Shown piece by piece: positions 50,141 through 61,015 of a DNA stretch of 64,000 bases (position 1 is its first letter; each line of letters opens with the position of its first letter). The notes under the pieces were generated by a model. The model searched no databases. It had not been told where the DNA came from and worked only from the letters and a program-made list of their open reading frames with translations. The position numbers and the translations under genes were made by a program. The stretch is taken from contig OX597827.1 in assembly GCA_951406725.2 (NCBI GenBank), positions 77,748,001-77,812,000 of the forward strand. Reading direction: 5' to 3'. This DNA comes from Octopus vulgaris. Its lineage: Eukaryota.

Positions 50141-53100
50141 TCACAACCACAAGTATTTACTGACTGGAGGAAACTCATCTGTGTTGCTAGTTGTGGCTAA
50201 CTGATGTGCAGGGGCCGGAAGTGGATGTGAAGGAGGCGGAGGGGGCGGCGGCGGGGGAGGAGGAGATGTCTCGATCGTGTCGTTTGTGTCGTCTGTGTCC
50301 AAATAATTCTCTTTGATTTTCACAAACCCTCCGATGTGCTGGTGAGTCTTTTTATGCCTCTGCAAAGAATCTCGCCGAGCAAACCTCTGACTACACATAT
50401 CACAGTGGTAAGGCTTCTCCCCCGTGTGGGTCCTTCGATGCACCAAAAGGTAGTCTTTCTGTGCAAACTGTTTGAAGCAGATGTCACACTGGAAAGGTTT
50501 CTCCCCGGTGTGGGATCTCTTGTGAACCTGAAGGTAGTCCCTGCGAGCGAATTTTTTCAAACATATTTCACAATGGAAAGGCTTCTCCCCAGTATGGGTC
50601 CGCTGGTGAACTCGCAGATAATCTTTGTTGGCAAATTTCTTGTAGCAGATTTCACACTGAAACTCTTTCGTGCCGGAGTGAGTTTTCCTGTGTGTCGATA
50701 AAGTGTCTCGGCGGGAGAACTTTTGGAGGCAAATATCACAATGATATGGCTTCTCGCCAGTATGGATGCGTTTGTGAACGGTTAAATAATCCCGCTGGAC
50801 AAATTCCTTGAAACAAACGTCACATTGAAACAAAGGTCTTTCGTTGGTGTGGCAGCGCCTGTGTATTGTCAGCGTGCTTTTTTGAAAGAACTGTTTGGGG
50901 CAAAAATCACATTGGTAAGGTTTCTCTCCTGTGTGGATGTGTGTATGTATACGTAACCTCTCACGCTGAGCATATCTCTCTCCACAGATATTGCAGCTAA
51001 ATGGCTTCTCCCCGGTGTGGATTCGACGGTGAATTGCACGGGTATCTTTCCGAGCAAATCTCTGCGGACACAAATCACACTGGAACGGTTTCTCACCTGT
51101 GTGTGTTCTTCGATGGATCTCTAATACGTTGCGTTGATAGAATTTCTTGGGACAAAGGTCACAGGTGAATGGTTTGTTGTCTGAGTGAATTCTTTGATGT
51201 AAAAGCAATTTGTCCTTCTGTACAAACCCTTTCTGACAGATTTCACACTGAAAAGGTCGCTCATCGGAGTGCAGCTTTTGATGTATCCTCAGCGTATCAC
51301 GACGAGAAAACCATTTCTCACAAATGTCACACACGAAACGTTTCTTCTTCATATGAGTTCGAATGTGTGAATTCAGTTTGTCTTTCTTAGCAAAAGCTTT
51401 TCCACACTTTTCACACTTGAATGGCTTTTCATTCGTGTGTGTCCTGCGGTGAATAATCAGAGTGGATTTTCGAGCAAACTTCTGAATGCACAAGTCACAC
51501 TGGAATGGTTTCTCGCCCGTGTGGATCCGTTTATGTACCTCAAGGTAGCCCAGCTGAGTGAATTTGGTGAAGCATATATCACAGGTAAACAATTTCTCAC
51601 CTGTGTGTTTACGTTGATGAATTCTTAAATAGTGCTTCTGTGCAAACTGTTTCAGGCAGACATCACATTTAAAAGGTTTCTCCCCAGTGTGGGTCCGCTT
51701 ATGAATAGCTAACGAATCTCTGCGTGAGAAACTATGTTTACATATTTCACAGGTAAATGGCTTTTCACCTGTATGTGTTCGGCGATGTATTTGCAGATAA
51801 AGACGCTGAGCAAACTTCTTTCGGCAGATGTCACAGTGGAATGGTTTCTCCCCCGTGTGTCTACGCCGATGAATTGTCAAAGAATCTCGGCGTGTGAAGC
51901 TATGGTTACAGAATTCACAGGTGTAAGGTTTCTCACCTGTATGGATCCTCATGTGAATCTTCAAGTATAAACGCTGAACAAACGACTTCTGACAAACATC
52001 ACACTGAAATGGCTTCACACCTGTGTGTGTTCGCAGGTGTAGTTTCAATGAATCTTGCCTTGAGAAGCTGTGAGAGCAGAATTTACAATGGAAAGGTTTG
52101 TCTTTGAAATGAATTTGTCGATGGATGTTTAGATAATGTTGAAGAGCAAATTGTTTCTTACAAATGTCACAACTGTAAATTTTCGGACCAGAAAACTCGC
52201 TTTCCTTCACGTCTGCAGATCCAACTGAAAACTTTTGGATTTGATTTTCAGAAGTTGCAGATAAATTTTGCAATTGTGATGTACCATCCAGCATGGAATT
52301 TACTGAAATGCTGCTGTTCTGAAACTCCGAGATGGCTTTCTCATCCGTCACAGGGGTACAGTTTGGTTGTAAAGACGAACAGACGGATAATCCCAGCCTG
52401 TGCAGGTGGTTAATGTCGTTTACGGAAGGATCAAAAATATCCACGGAATTAAAATTACTTTTTACCTTGGTTTCTGATTCTATCTTTGGTTCTTCTGGAT
52501 AGTTGTTCGGCTGATATTGGTCAAACTTATCGGGAATCTTTATGATGTGGATCTTTCGGTGTCTCTGCAGGGTATCTTTCCTGGCAAACTGTTTGGAGCA
52601 GAGTTCACAAGCAAATGGCTTCTCTCCCGTGTGAGTTCTTCGATGCATCAAAAGTAAGTAAGATCGAAGAAATTCTTTCCCGCAATAATCACAAAACAAA
52701 TTCTTGTCACTCTCCAAATTCCTCGGTGGTTTCGGTTTCTGAAGATTTTGGGGCTGCTGCTGCGGCTGGGTTTTGCAAGGGGCCTGGGAGTGAGTTTGGT
52801 AGTTGGTGACCTTCTTTGAACTCTGTCCGATGACACAAGAGAGTGGATTCTGTTGCTGGGCCAAGGACTGATGTAGTTGTTGCTTGCTCATTTGTTGAGA
52901 TGATAAACAGTTCTGCCCCGATTGTTGTGATATGTGCTGCTGGGACTGAACCTGGGGTACCTCAAGTAAATGGGTCTGACTGGAACTGTAGGATTTGTTA
53001 TTAACACTAGTAGTAGTAGAAGTAGTAGTAGTAGTGTGGCTGCTGTTACAAGAGGTGTGGTTGCTGTGTATGCTGTTACTGTTGTTATTATTATTACTAT

Positions 53101-53992
53101 TAATACCACCACCTCGACTACCACCACCACTACTACCACTACTACTACTACAGGCAAGATTTGTATTCAAAGAGTAATTTTTTGAAGAACTTTCGCTGTT
53201 TGAGTACTGTTTAGAGATGTTGTTTGCTGTCACTGTATGTTCTTCAGAGACGTTTGTTTTGTTGGCTGTGGATGTTGTTGATGTCGATGGTATAGTGGTG
53301 GTTGACAGCACGGTACCGATCAGTTGTTCGGGGGCCAGTGGTAGATAACAAGGTTGGATGAACTGACTGGCGTAGAGGTCGGGCCGAAAGACGTTGTCGC
53401 CAAGATGCGTAGCAATGGGACTGGAAGTTGCCAAGAGACGTTGCGGAAATTCTTTGCCAAACACGTCGCAAGAGAATATCGTGTCGCCCAGCAGTGGCAG
53501 AAGAGGTCCTTGCAGGTGATGCGAATGGTGGATAGACTGAGACGAGGTTGTAGAAGAAGGATATTGCTGCAGCTGTAAGTGTTGTGCTTGCCTGTCCGAT
53601 GCACTGCCTGCACTCCCTGTTGACTGCATCAGCCGTTGCTGTGCAGCGATTACCTGCGACTGCAGATTGTCACCGGTGCTGTGATGATTGTTAGAATGCT
53701 GCCTAATGGAAGGATCAGGGCCAGTGTGTGCCGCCCTTGGCACTGGGGTACTCATCGAGGACTTTTGAGAGTAGTCCTTGGCATAGATACTACTGCTGCT
53801 GCTGCTGCTGTTGTGGCAGTTGTTGGACAGACCAAACGCCACCGAGGACGAGATCTTGCCACTGTGTGCCACATGTTTGTTGCTGGGTACACTCGACGCA
53901 CTCTGCTTATGCAGCTGTGATGACTGCTTCATTGAAAGATGCTTACCATGACTCTGGCTGGAGATAATTCTTTGGTTGCTACACCGATCCAT
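50141..53992 (-). CDS. Multi-C2H2 zinc-finger protein (~1283 aa; 2 + 22 fingers, Ser/Thr/Asn/Gln-rich N-terminus, poly-Pro C-terminus); intronless ORF
   Basis: Two fingers at 52696-52547 and a 22-finger tandem array at 52177-50342, mostly with TGEKP-type linkers; first in-frame ATG is at 53992 (the ORF track starts at a GTG at 54019). Confidence 0.96.
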   Translation of the reverse strand: MDRCSNQRIISSQSHGKHLSMKQSSQLHKQSASSVPSNKHVAHSGKISSSVAFGLSNNCHNSSSSSSSIYAKDYSQKSSMSTPVPRAAHTGPDPSIRQHSNNHHSTGDNLQSQVIAAQQRLMQSTGSAGSASDRQAQHLQLQQYPSSTTSSQSIHHSHHLQGPLLPLLGDTIFSCDVFGKEFPQRLLATSSPIATHLGDNVFRPDLYASQFIQPCYLPLAPEQLIGTVLSTTTIPSTSTTSTANKTNVSEEHTVTANNISKQYSNSESSSKNYSLNTNLACSSSSGSSGGGSRGGGINSNNNNNSNSIHSNHTSCNSSHTTTTTSTTTSVNNKSYSSSQTHLLEVPQVQSQQHISQQSGQNCLSSQQMSKQQLHQSLAQQQNPLSCVIGQSSKKVTNYQTHSQAPCKTQPQQQPQNLQKPKPPRNLESDKNLFCDYCGKEFLRSYLLLMHRRTHTGEKPFACELCSKQFARKDTLQRHRKIHIIKIPDKFDQYQPNNYPEEPKIESETKVKSNFNSVDIFDPSVNDINHLHRLGLSVCSSLQPNCTPVTDEKAISEFQNSSISVNSMLDGTSQLQNLSATSENQIQKFSVGSADVKESEFSGPKIYSCDICKKQFALQHYLNIHRQIHFKDKPFHCKFCSHSFSRQDSLKLHLRTHTGVKPFQCDVCQKSFVQRLYLKIHMRIHTGEKPYTCEFCNHSFTRRDSLTIHRRRHTGEKPFHCDICRKKFAQRLYLQIHRRTHTGEKPFTCEICKHSFSRRDSLAIHKRTHTGEKPFKCDVCLKQFAQKHYLRIHQRKHTGEKLFTCDICFTKFTQLGYLEVHKRIHTGEKPFQCDLCIQKFARKSTLIIHRRTHTNEKPFKCEKCGKAFAKKDKLNSHIRTHMKKKRFVCDICEKWFSRRDTLRIHQKLHSDERPFQCEICQKGFVQKDKLLLHQRIHSDNKPFTCDLCPKKFYQRNVLEIHRRTHTGEKPFQCDLCPQRFARKDTRAIHRRIHTGEKPFSCNICGERYAQRERLRIHTHIHTGEKPYQCDFCPKQFFQKSTLTIHRRCHTNERPLFQCDVCFKEFVQRDYLTVHKRIHTGEKPYHCDICLQKFSRRDTLSTHRKTHSGTKEFQCEICYKKFANKDYLRVHQRTHTGEKPFHCEICLKKFARRDYLQVHKRSHTGEKPFQCDICFKQFAQKDYLLVHRRTHTGEKPYHCDMCSQRFARRDSLQRHKKTHQHIGGFVKIKENYLDTDDTNDTIETSPPPPPPPPPPPSHPLPAPAHQLATTSNTDEFPPVSKYLWL

Positions 53993-54461
53993 TGTAAACT
54001 GCAGAGGTAGTAGACACACAGTTCAGTCCGTCACGGGTTCAAATCTTCTGTTCGGATGCAAATTTTCATTGGGCTTGTCTTTCACACACAAAACTCGTTT
54101 CAAGTTCTGATAAAGTCTTTATATACGAACTTGCGTGTTTGTGAGTCAGTATGTGGTGTGTGCAAGTCTGTGTGAGTCTGTTAATGTATGTATTTAAAAA
54201 AATAACGATTTTTTGGTGTAGTTTCATATTTTACACTCTATATGACACACACACATATATACCACCATCATCATCCTCATCATCATCTTCATCATATTAG
54301 GTCCTCTTTCCATGCTGGCATGCATTGGACTTGTACATGTTTGCCACTATTAACACATTGATGCTGTCGTAGGGAACAAAATGGTAGTAATTCTCAGTGG
54401 GGCAGACAAGTGTCTTCTGGTTTTCATGTCTTCAGATTAATGGACTCCATCTTGGAATGAT

Positions 54462-54490
54462 CTAGAAAATATTAAAAAATAAAAATGGTA
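54462..54490 (-). promoter_or_regulatory. Splice acceptor opening the coding exon of the - strand ZNF gene
   Basis: Minus strand reads ATTTTTATTTTTTAATATTTTCTAG|ATC; an alternative CTACCTCTGCAG|TTTACAATG lies just upstream of the ATG. Confidence 0.5.
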
Positions 54491-55310
54491 ATAACGAGAT
54501 TGGAAATAACTTTCTGACAAAATTTTAAAAAAAACAAGCAAGAAGAGTATTACATATTATTGTCTTTATCAGTATTATCATCACCATCGTTGCATCCATC
54601 TGTAAAACTATGCCAAACAGTCTTTGCTGAGCTGGCGCCACATAAAAAGTATCCAGTCCACTCTGTTGAGGTTGGCATCAGGATAGGCATCCAGCTGTAA
54701 AAACCATGCTGAAACAGACAGTGGAGCTGGATGTAGTCTTCTGGCTGGCCAGCTCCTGTCAAACTGTCCAACCCATGCCAGCATGGAAGACGGGCGTTGA
54801 ATGATGATGACAATGATGATGATCAATATTATCATCATAATCACTACCACCATCATCGTCTTTCCACAGCTGGATGCTCTTCCTGTCACCAACTCTCACC
54901 TATTTCGTAACCTTGTCCACCGAACAACAAACAGACCAGAGCGGCTTCCAACGAGGAATGTAAGCAAATGACACTGATTCTATCAATGGTGACAGTTTAC
55001 AGCCAGTTGTATACATGCCAAGACAAAAGAAATACACACACACACACTATACATATATATATATATATACATGCACACAATGGGATTCTTCTAGTTTCCA
55101 TCAACCAAATTTCACTCCCAAGCAGCAGCTACACTGCAGTACACCAGCTGACAGTGTCCACACAAAGGAAGAGAACACCAAACCATGAGTGTGTGAGAAG
55201 GTGTGTGGGATAGAGGTTAGGGTGTTGCACTCACGATTGCTAAGTTGTGGGTTCAACTCCAGGAGCAAGCAGTGCACTGTGTTCTTGAGCAAAACACTTC
55301 ATTTCATACA

Positions 55311-55702
55311 TTATTTACAATTGACGGATATTTGTCCTCATCTTGTTTGTTGTTAACACAATGTTTCAGCTGATATACCCTTCAGCTTTCATCAGGTGTC
55401 TTGGGGAAATTTCGAACCTGGGTTCTCATTTCTAAGGTATTTTTCGATATCATTATTATTATTATTATTATTCAGGTCGCTGCCTGGAATTGAACTCAGT
55501 GACCTAAATAACAACAACAACAACAACAACATCAACATCGAAAAATACCTTAGGAATAAGAACCCAGGTTCGAAATTTCACCCAGGACACCTGATGAAAG
55601 CTGAAGGGTATATCAGCCAAAACGTATTAACAACAAAAAAGATGAGGACAAATATCTGTCAATTGTAAATAATGTACATATCTCTTAAAATATAGAACAA
55701 TA
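55311..55702. mobile_element. Second copy of the same Penelope-like inverted element
   Basis: ~170-bp arms 55311-55483 and 55497-55672; hammerhead-like motif in each arm. Confidence 0.72.
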
Positions 55703-55724
55703 TAAATATATATATATATATATA

Positions 55725-56095
55725 GGGAAAGTTTACGAAAAAAACAAAAGACGAAGACAGGTGGTGTACAAAACAAACAGATGTATTAGTATAATGCTCA
55801 GGAATAGAAAAAGTCTTTTATGTTTCGAGCCTTTGCTCTTCTACAGAAAGAGACACAGAAAAAAACAAGGAGAGAAAAAAATGTGTGTAGTGGCTAACAA
55901 TCTATCATGGCATAAATATATATATATATGGTTCAAATTTACAGAAAACAAAAGACAAAGACAGGTGAGAGAACAACAAGCAGATGTGTTAGTTTAATGC
56001 TTAGGAGGAAACGGAAAGGTCTTTGACATTTTATGACTATGCTCTTCGACAGAAAGGGTTGAGGGAAAAACACAGAGAAAGAAAATGTGTAGGGG
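55725..56095 (-). mobile_element. Tandem pair of Penelope-like terminal repeats (second family); a further copy lies at 44317-44470 (+)
   Basis: Shared ~160-180 bp unit containing CTGTNGAAGAGC...GCTCGAAACATAAAAG. Confidence 0.6.
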
Positions 56096-56111
56096 TTAAC
56101 AGTTCAACACG

Positions 56112-56158
<47 letters not shown>

Positions 56159-56286
56159 TACATGTGTGTACTTATATATCATCACCATCATCATCATCAT
56201 CATCATTATTTAATGTCCGTTTTCCATGCCGGCATGGGTTGGACAGTTTGACTGAGGTCTGGAGAGCCAGCAGCTGCACCAGGTTC

Positions 56287-56331
<45 letters not shown>

Positions 56332-57029
56332 TGTGTGTGTGTGTGTGTATGTGTGTGTGTACGTGTGTGTGTGTACATATATGTATGTATGAACATATGT
56401 GTGTATAGAAACACACACACACTCATACATCTGTAAGAATATATACCATCAGCATCATCATCATCATCACTTTAATACTCACTTCTCCATCTTTGCATGG
56501 ATCAGATAGAGTAAGAGACAGACATTCTCTGTCCTTCCTGTCATCAACCCTCACATGTTTCCAAGCAAAATAATATTATTTCCCCACAGCCAGACATGTT
56601 TTATACAGAATACAGGAAACGAACGACACTGCTTGTACGACAGTGACACTCATTTACAACTATCCTGTGATGTCAAGACAAGGAAACACAAATATACATA
56701 CATGTATTCCTTGCGATTGAATTTGACTGGCAGAAACTGTGTGGAAGCCCATCATGCTAACCGTGGCATCACCGTTTGGTGAGTGGGCAGCAACTGGTGA
56801 CATTTATTGACATTTCTTGGCAGTGAATACTCTACCGGTTCCGTGCTTTCCAATTCCTCTGGAATGGGAGACGTGAAAGTTGGTGACAGGAAGAGCATCC
56901 AGCTGTAGGACTCCTGCCTAAGCCATGCTACCAAGGGAAAAAAAACAAACAAACCTCTTGCTTAAAACACCAACCAACCAACTGACCAATCGATTGACCA
57001 ATTGACCAATAGACCAACAGACCAACCAA

Positions 57030-57300
57030 CATCATCATCATTGTTTAACGTCCGCTTTCCATGCTAGCATGGGTTGGACGATTTTGACTGAGGTCTGGTG
57101 AACCAGACTCCAATCTGATCTGGCAGGATTTCTACAGCTGGATGCCCTTCCTAATGCCAACCATTCTGAGAGTGTAGTGGATGCTTTTATGTGCCACCAG
57201 CACGAGGGCCAGTTTGGTGGTACTGGCAACAGCCACGCCCAAATGGTGCTTTTTATGTGCCACCTGCAAAGGAGCCAGTCCAGCGGCACTGGCGACGACT
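57030..57300 (-). mobile_element. Family C element
   Basis: Tail and motif. Confidence 0.78.
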
Positions 57301-57655
57301 TCACAGTTAATTAAATTCCCCCACCCCTCACCCATACTTAATTGAAACTTTATTTTACTGTTGTGGAAAGATGAAAGACAAAGGTGATTCAATGTGATTT
57401 GAACCCACAATGTAAAAGACCAGAACAAACAACGCAACAACCAACCCCCTAATGATTTTTCTCATCTCATCCACTGCAATCATTATTGTCACAATGCAAT
57501 GTTAATTAAAAAAAATAAAAATCTATTCAGAAAAACTGATTAAGTCACACAACAAGTGTTGGTTGTGTGCAGCCAGGGCCACATTGCTGGTTGTTGGTTT
57601 AACCTGCTAGAAATAGAAGCCAACTCTTTCCTAAATCATACAGAACTGTCTTTAA

Positions 57656-57863
57656 CCCTTTCATTACCATATTTATTTTGAGATGCTCTGTGTTTCTTTC
57701 AATTATTTTAAATATAACAAAGAATTTAGTAAAATAACTTAGTTATCATTAATTTAGTGTTAGGAACATAAATTGTGACTAAGGTTTTAATTCAGAACTT
57801 ATGAAAACAAGACATTTGTACTCAGAGCCAGAGGTGGTTTCAGCCAGATTGGTAATGAAAGGG
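57656..57863. mobile_element. piggyBac-type MITE (P1)
   Basis: Perfect 14-bp TIR CCCTTTCATTACCA, TTAA on both sides. Confidence 0.88.
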
Positions 57864-58079
57864 TTAATCCTTCAGCATTCAGTTTACTTTGAAAAATGTA
57901 AGGCTTATTTATTCACATTGTTTTGAATTAATCCGGGATTATCCTGTAGCTTCAAGATTTCAATGATGTGACTTTATTTTTATACTGACATTGCAGGGTA
58001 AGTGTGAGAGGCCAGGTCTGGCTGGTTTAAACTACACTCAACAGCAGGACCAACTGTGGAAGACATCGTATATAGTTAA

Positions 58080-60460
58080 AAAGGCCACTAAGACTCTGAA
58101 GATAGGTGAGCTTTGAGGAACTGTGGGTGATATGGTGAAAATATCTGGCAGAATAGGACAGGAGCTACTGGCATAGTCCACCAGGTAGTACAGGGAGATG
58201 ACATCCCCATTGAATGGGGCAGCAGTTATTATCTGCTATCACAGTAAAAGAGGTATTCTAAAATAGTGGCCCTCTAAAGGTGTGTATTGTGGTACAATGG
58301 CAGACCACAAGGACAGGGCGTGGAATTGTTTTTTAAAATGGCATTTAAGGCTTTGGGAAATCTATATTAATTGCTGAGACTCTTGGAAAACATTGCTTGA
58401 AAAACAAGGGAAAAATTTGACAAGACAATCAGTCACCGGCTGACACTCGCTGACGATACATCGAAGAGGCCAGGGAACAGAAGAAAGAAGACATGCACCC
58501 AACACCAGAGCTGAAGACACCTCCGAAAGGTGGGGCCCCGCCACGTCAAAACGGTAGAGGATTCGGGGCCGAAACCGGACATGGCTCCTCCTGATGATGT
58601 CTTGAGCGAACTGGATCCTATATAGGAGCTGTTGTGGTAGCAGACCACGAAACAAGGTTGTAATTCCTTTTTCATAATTTTGTATTTTTAACAGATCTTT
58701 TTTTTTTTGACTTTGCAAGTCTCCAGTGTGTGTCGTGATGTTAGCAAGATGGGTTTGTGCCAGGGTGGAAAGTACTCTGATACCCTCATGCTTATGCAAC
58801 AACTATAGGGAGAAGTCTATTGTCAGAGTAGGACGCTCTGCAGTGAAGTGGTTACTAAGAGAACTTGGTGCAAATGAAGGGTTTATAGGAGCTGTATAAG
58901 CCATGTATAGGGATGTTAGTGAAAGGTAGAAGGGGAAGGACATGTGCAAACATGTCTTTCAAGGACTGAGTTTTACACCTTCTCCTGTTAATTATTCAAG
59001 GCCATAGGAGAGGAGCTCAAGACTGTATGGCAATGGCTTGGTTCTCAAAGCCAAATCTGTCAAAGAAAATGTGGAAGCAAAGTGTAGAAATGTATCCTTA
59101 AAGGTAACCTAGTAAAAACAAAAGTTTTAGTCAGCAAAACAGAAGACAAAACCCCATGGCCACTTTCCAATGGCTGTGAGAAGAGGAGTAGGACAGAGTC
59201 TGCATTGTGTACCCAATGTAGGGTAAGGGTGCACAAGAGACATATTGGGACCACAGGAGGTTGACATCATTCATCATTGTTCGGCCGTGGTCGAGACAAT
59301 GGAATTTACTATGTTATGCCAGACTTCACGGTCCATCATAGCATTACAGAGGTCCCGTTGCTGGATGCCTGTATCCCTGGAGATTACATCAGGGTAGGAG
59401 AGTGTGTGCCCTCTGGTATCGTGAGTAGATGGCTTCCAGAGGAGAAGAGTAGAAATGACCTCGTTTTCAGCTCTACAACAATGTCCAGCAAACTGGACTC
59501 TTCTACCTTTCACAAGAGATGATACAGGTGGTAATTTCCCATATATTTGTACTTTGGTTGGATGATGCTTCCATGAGAGATTTTGAGCTCTCATAAGGAG
59601 GCGAGTGTAAGTTCCATCCAACCGCCTCTCAAGCTTCTTTGACGGAGGTTGACAGCAAACATAGACTTTATCTGGGTGAGATGTATAAGAGCAGTTAACA
59701 GTAAGAATAGCCATAAAATCATTATCATGCAGTCAGGTGACTTGTCCAAACGAATTAGTCATGTTAGTTTTCCAATAGTCAAACGTCTCGTCTGTACATG
59801 CCACAAATACAGAGCATAGCAGCAGTATGGTAACTAAACTGATTGATTCTGGCCATTGATATCTTGTTGTCTGTTCATCCACTCAGCATCTGGTGATATT
59901 TGCCATGGACTCAATAAGTTCATCTGCTGAAACAGTTTTCATCCACCATGCTGCACCCCGTGGTGATTTCAAAGTAACTCTGGCTTAGATGCTACTGAGA
60001 CCTACGCCTTGCCAAGGGACCGCCCATGATTTGGTCCAGGGCTGTTTAATCCCATAGCCACAGTTTACCTATACTTACATGCTAATTAACCCGTAATTTG
60101 GACCCTGACAGGTGACGCTACTCTGGGTCAGAGTAAAGCTGGGAATAAATAGTGGCTAAGATGAGGTCCCACACCCTGCAAAACCCTGGAACACCCAGAC
60201 CAGGGCCCCACGACTGGATGCAGCTTAAAGTTATAAACAGGACAGGAAACAAATTCTTACAAATGTTTGGATGGCTCCTTAGAAGTATTTTACAGGTCCA
60301 GTCCCTAATTAGATGATGGTAATTAGAAGTAGGTAAGGGTATTCCAAAAACAATGGGAGCCAGAATAAGGTGAAGCTGGGCAAAGTTCAAGGAGATGTTA
60401 CTTCTGTTAGCAAGAAAGGGATTCTTTTCCCATGTGAAGGGAAGATGGACGTTTGTGTAT
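58080..60460 (+). pseudogene. Old, fragmented RTE-clade LINE reverse transcriptase interrupted by younger insertions
   Basis: Relic motifs in colinear order: IPxEW (~58200), AMYRD (~58905), NLVKTKVLVS..WP..CTQC..HKR (59107-59250), WAKFKEMLLLL..KG..VKGR (~60375-60445). Confidence 0.65.
59265..59648 (-). mobile_element. RTE-clade LINE ORF C-terminus (younger, different subfamily)
   Basis: LDGTYTRLLMRAQNLSW..YGKLPPVS..RRVQFAGHC.R..LLLW.P..DTG..M.DR..W, followed by a (TGA)-like tail. Confidence 0.8.
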
Positions 60461-60494
60461 GGAATTGAATTTAATTTTATATGGCAGTGTATTT

Positions 60495-60712
60495 AAGACG
60501 GCCAGCTGGCAGAATTGTGTGCATGCTGGATAAAATGCTAAGCGGCATTTTGTCTGTCTTTATATTCTGAGTTCAAATTCCATTGAAGTCGACTTTGCCT
60601 TTCATCCTTCTGGGGTCGACAAAATAAGAACCGGTTGAACACTGAGGATGATGTAACCAACTTAGCCACGTCCGTGTACTTGCTGGCCTTGTGCCAAAAT
60701 TTGAAATCAATA
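60495..60712 (+). mobile_element. SINE family B, diverged, short-tail type
   Basis: Head and central domain match. Confidence 0.75.
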
Positions 60713-61015
60713 TTATATGGCAGTGGAGCAATGGACATTGAATGTGGAGGATGGTGGAAGACTGGAAAGAAATAAGGGGTGTATGAGGCGTTTAAACACT
60801 GGATGTAAAATGGTGACGAGCTTGAACAATGGGGCATAAACGAGCCAAAACACTGAGAATAAGAGAAATTAGAAGGGGAGGAGACTGGGTTGATTGATAC
60901 AGCAATAGGTCTACGAAGAAGTGTGGAGGGGTTACCTTGATCCTTTTATTTAGATCAGTGCTTCTCAACCAAGAGGGTCCGTGTAGGATTTTGTTAAAAT
61001 CTATATACTTTTTAA

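Noticed and set aside
51590-52177. Alternating fingers as a telomeric TTAGGG reader
   Set aside because: The Arg(-1) fingers have Ser at +3 and aliphatic residues at +6, not the His/Lys/Arg expected for GGG
53993-54019. ORF-track start at 54019
   Set aside because: It is a GTG; the first ATG is at 53992 and this is eukaryotic DNA
58591-58660. CTGATGA...GAAAC as a hammerhead (also CTGATGA at ~21092 -, ~31995 and ~38803)
   Set aside because: No convincing stems I and II, or no GAAA at the required position
58362-58802. 146-aa minus-strand ORF
   Set aside because: No recognisable domain; it spans fragments of decayed repeats
59649-59714. N-terminal part of the 146-aa ORF 59274-59714 as a host gene start
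   Set aside because: RTE similarity begins only at ~59645; the upstream residues are a chance open frame
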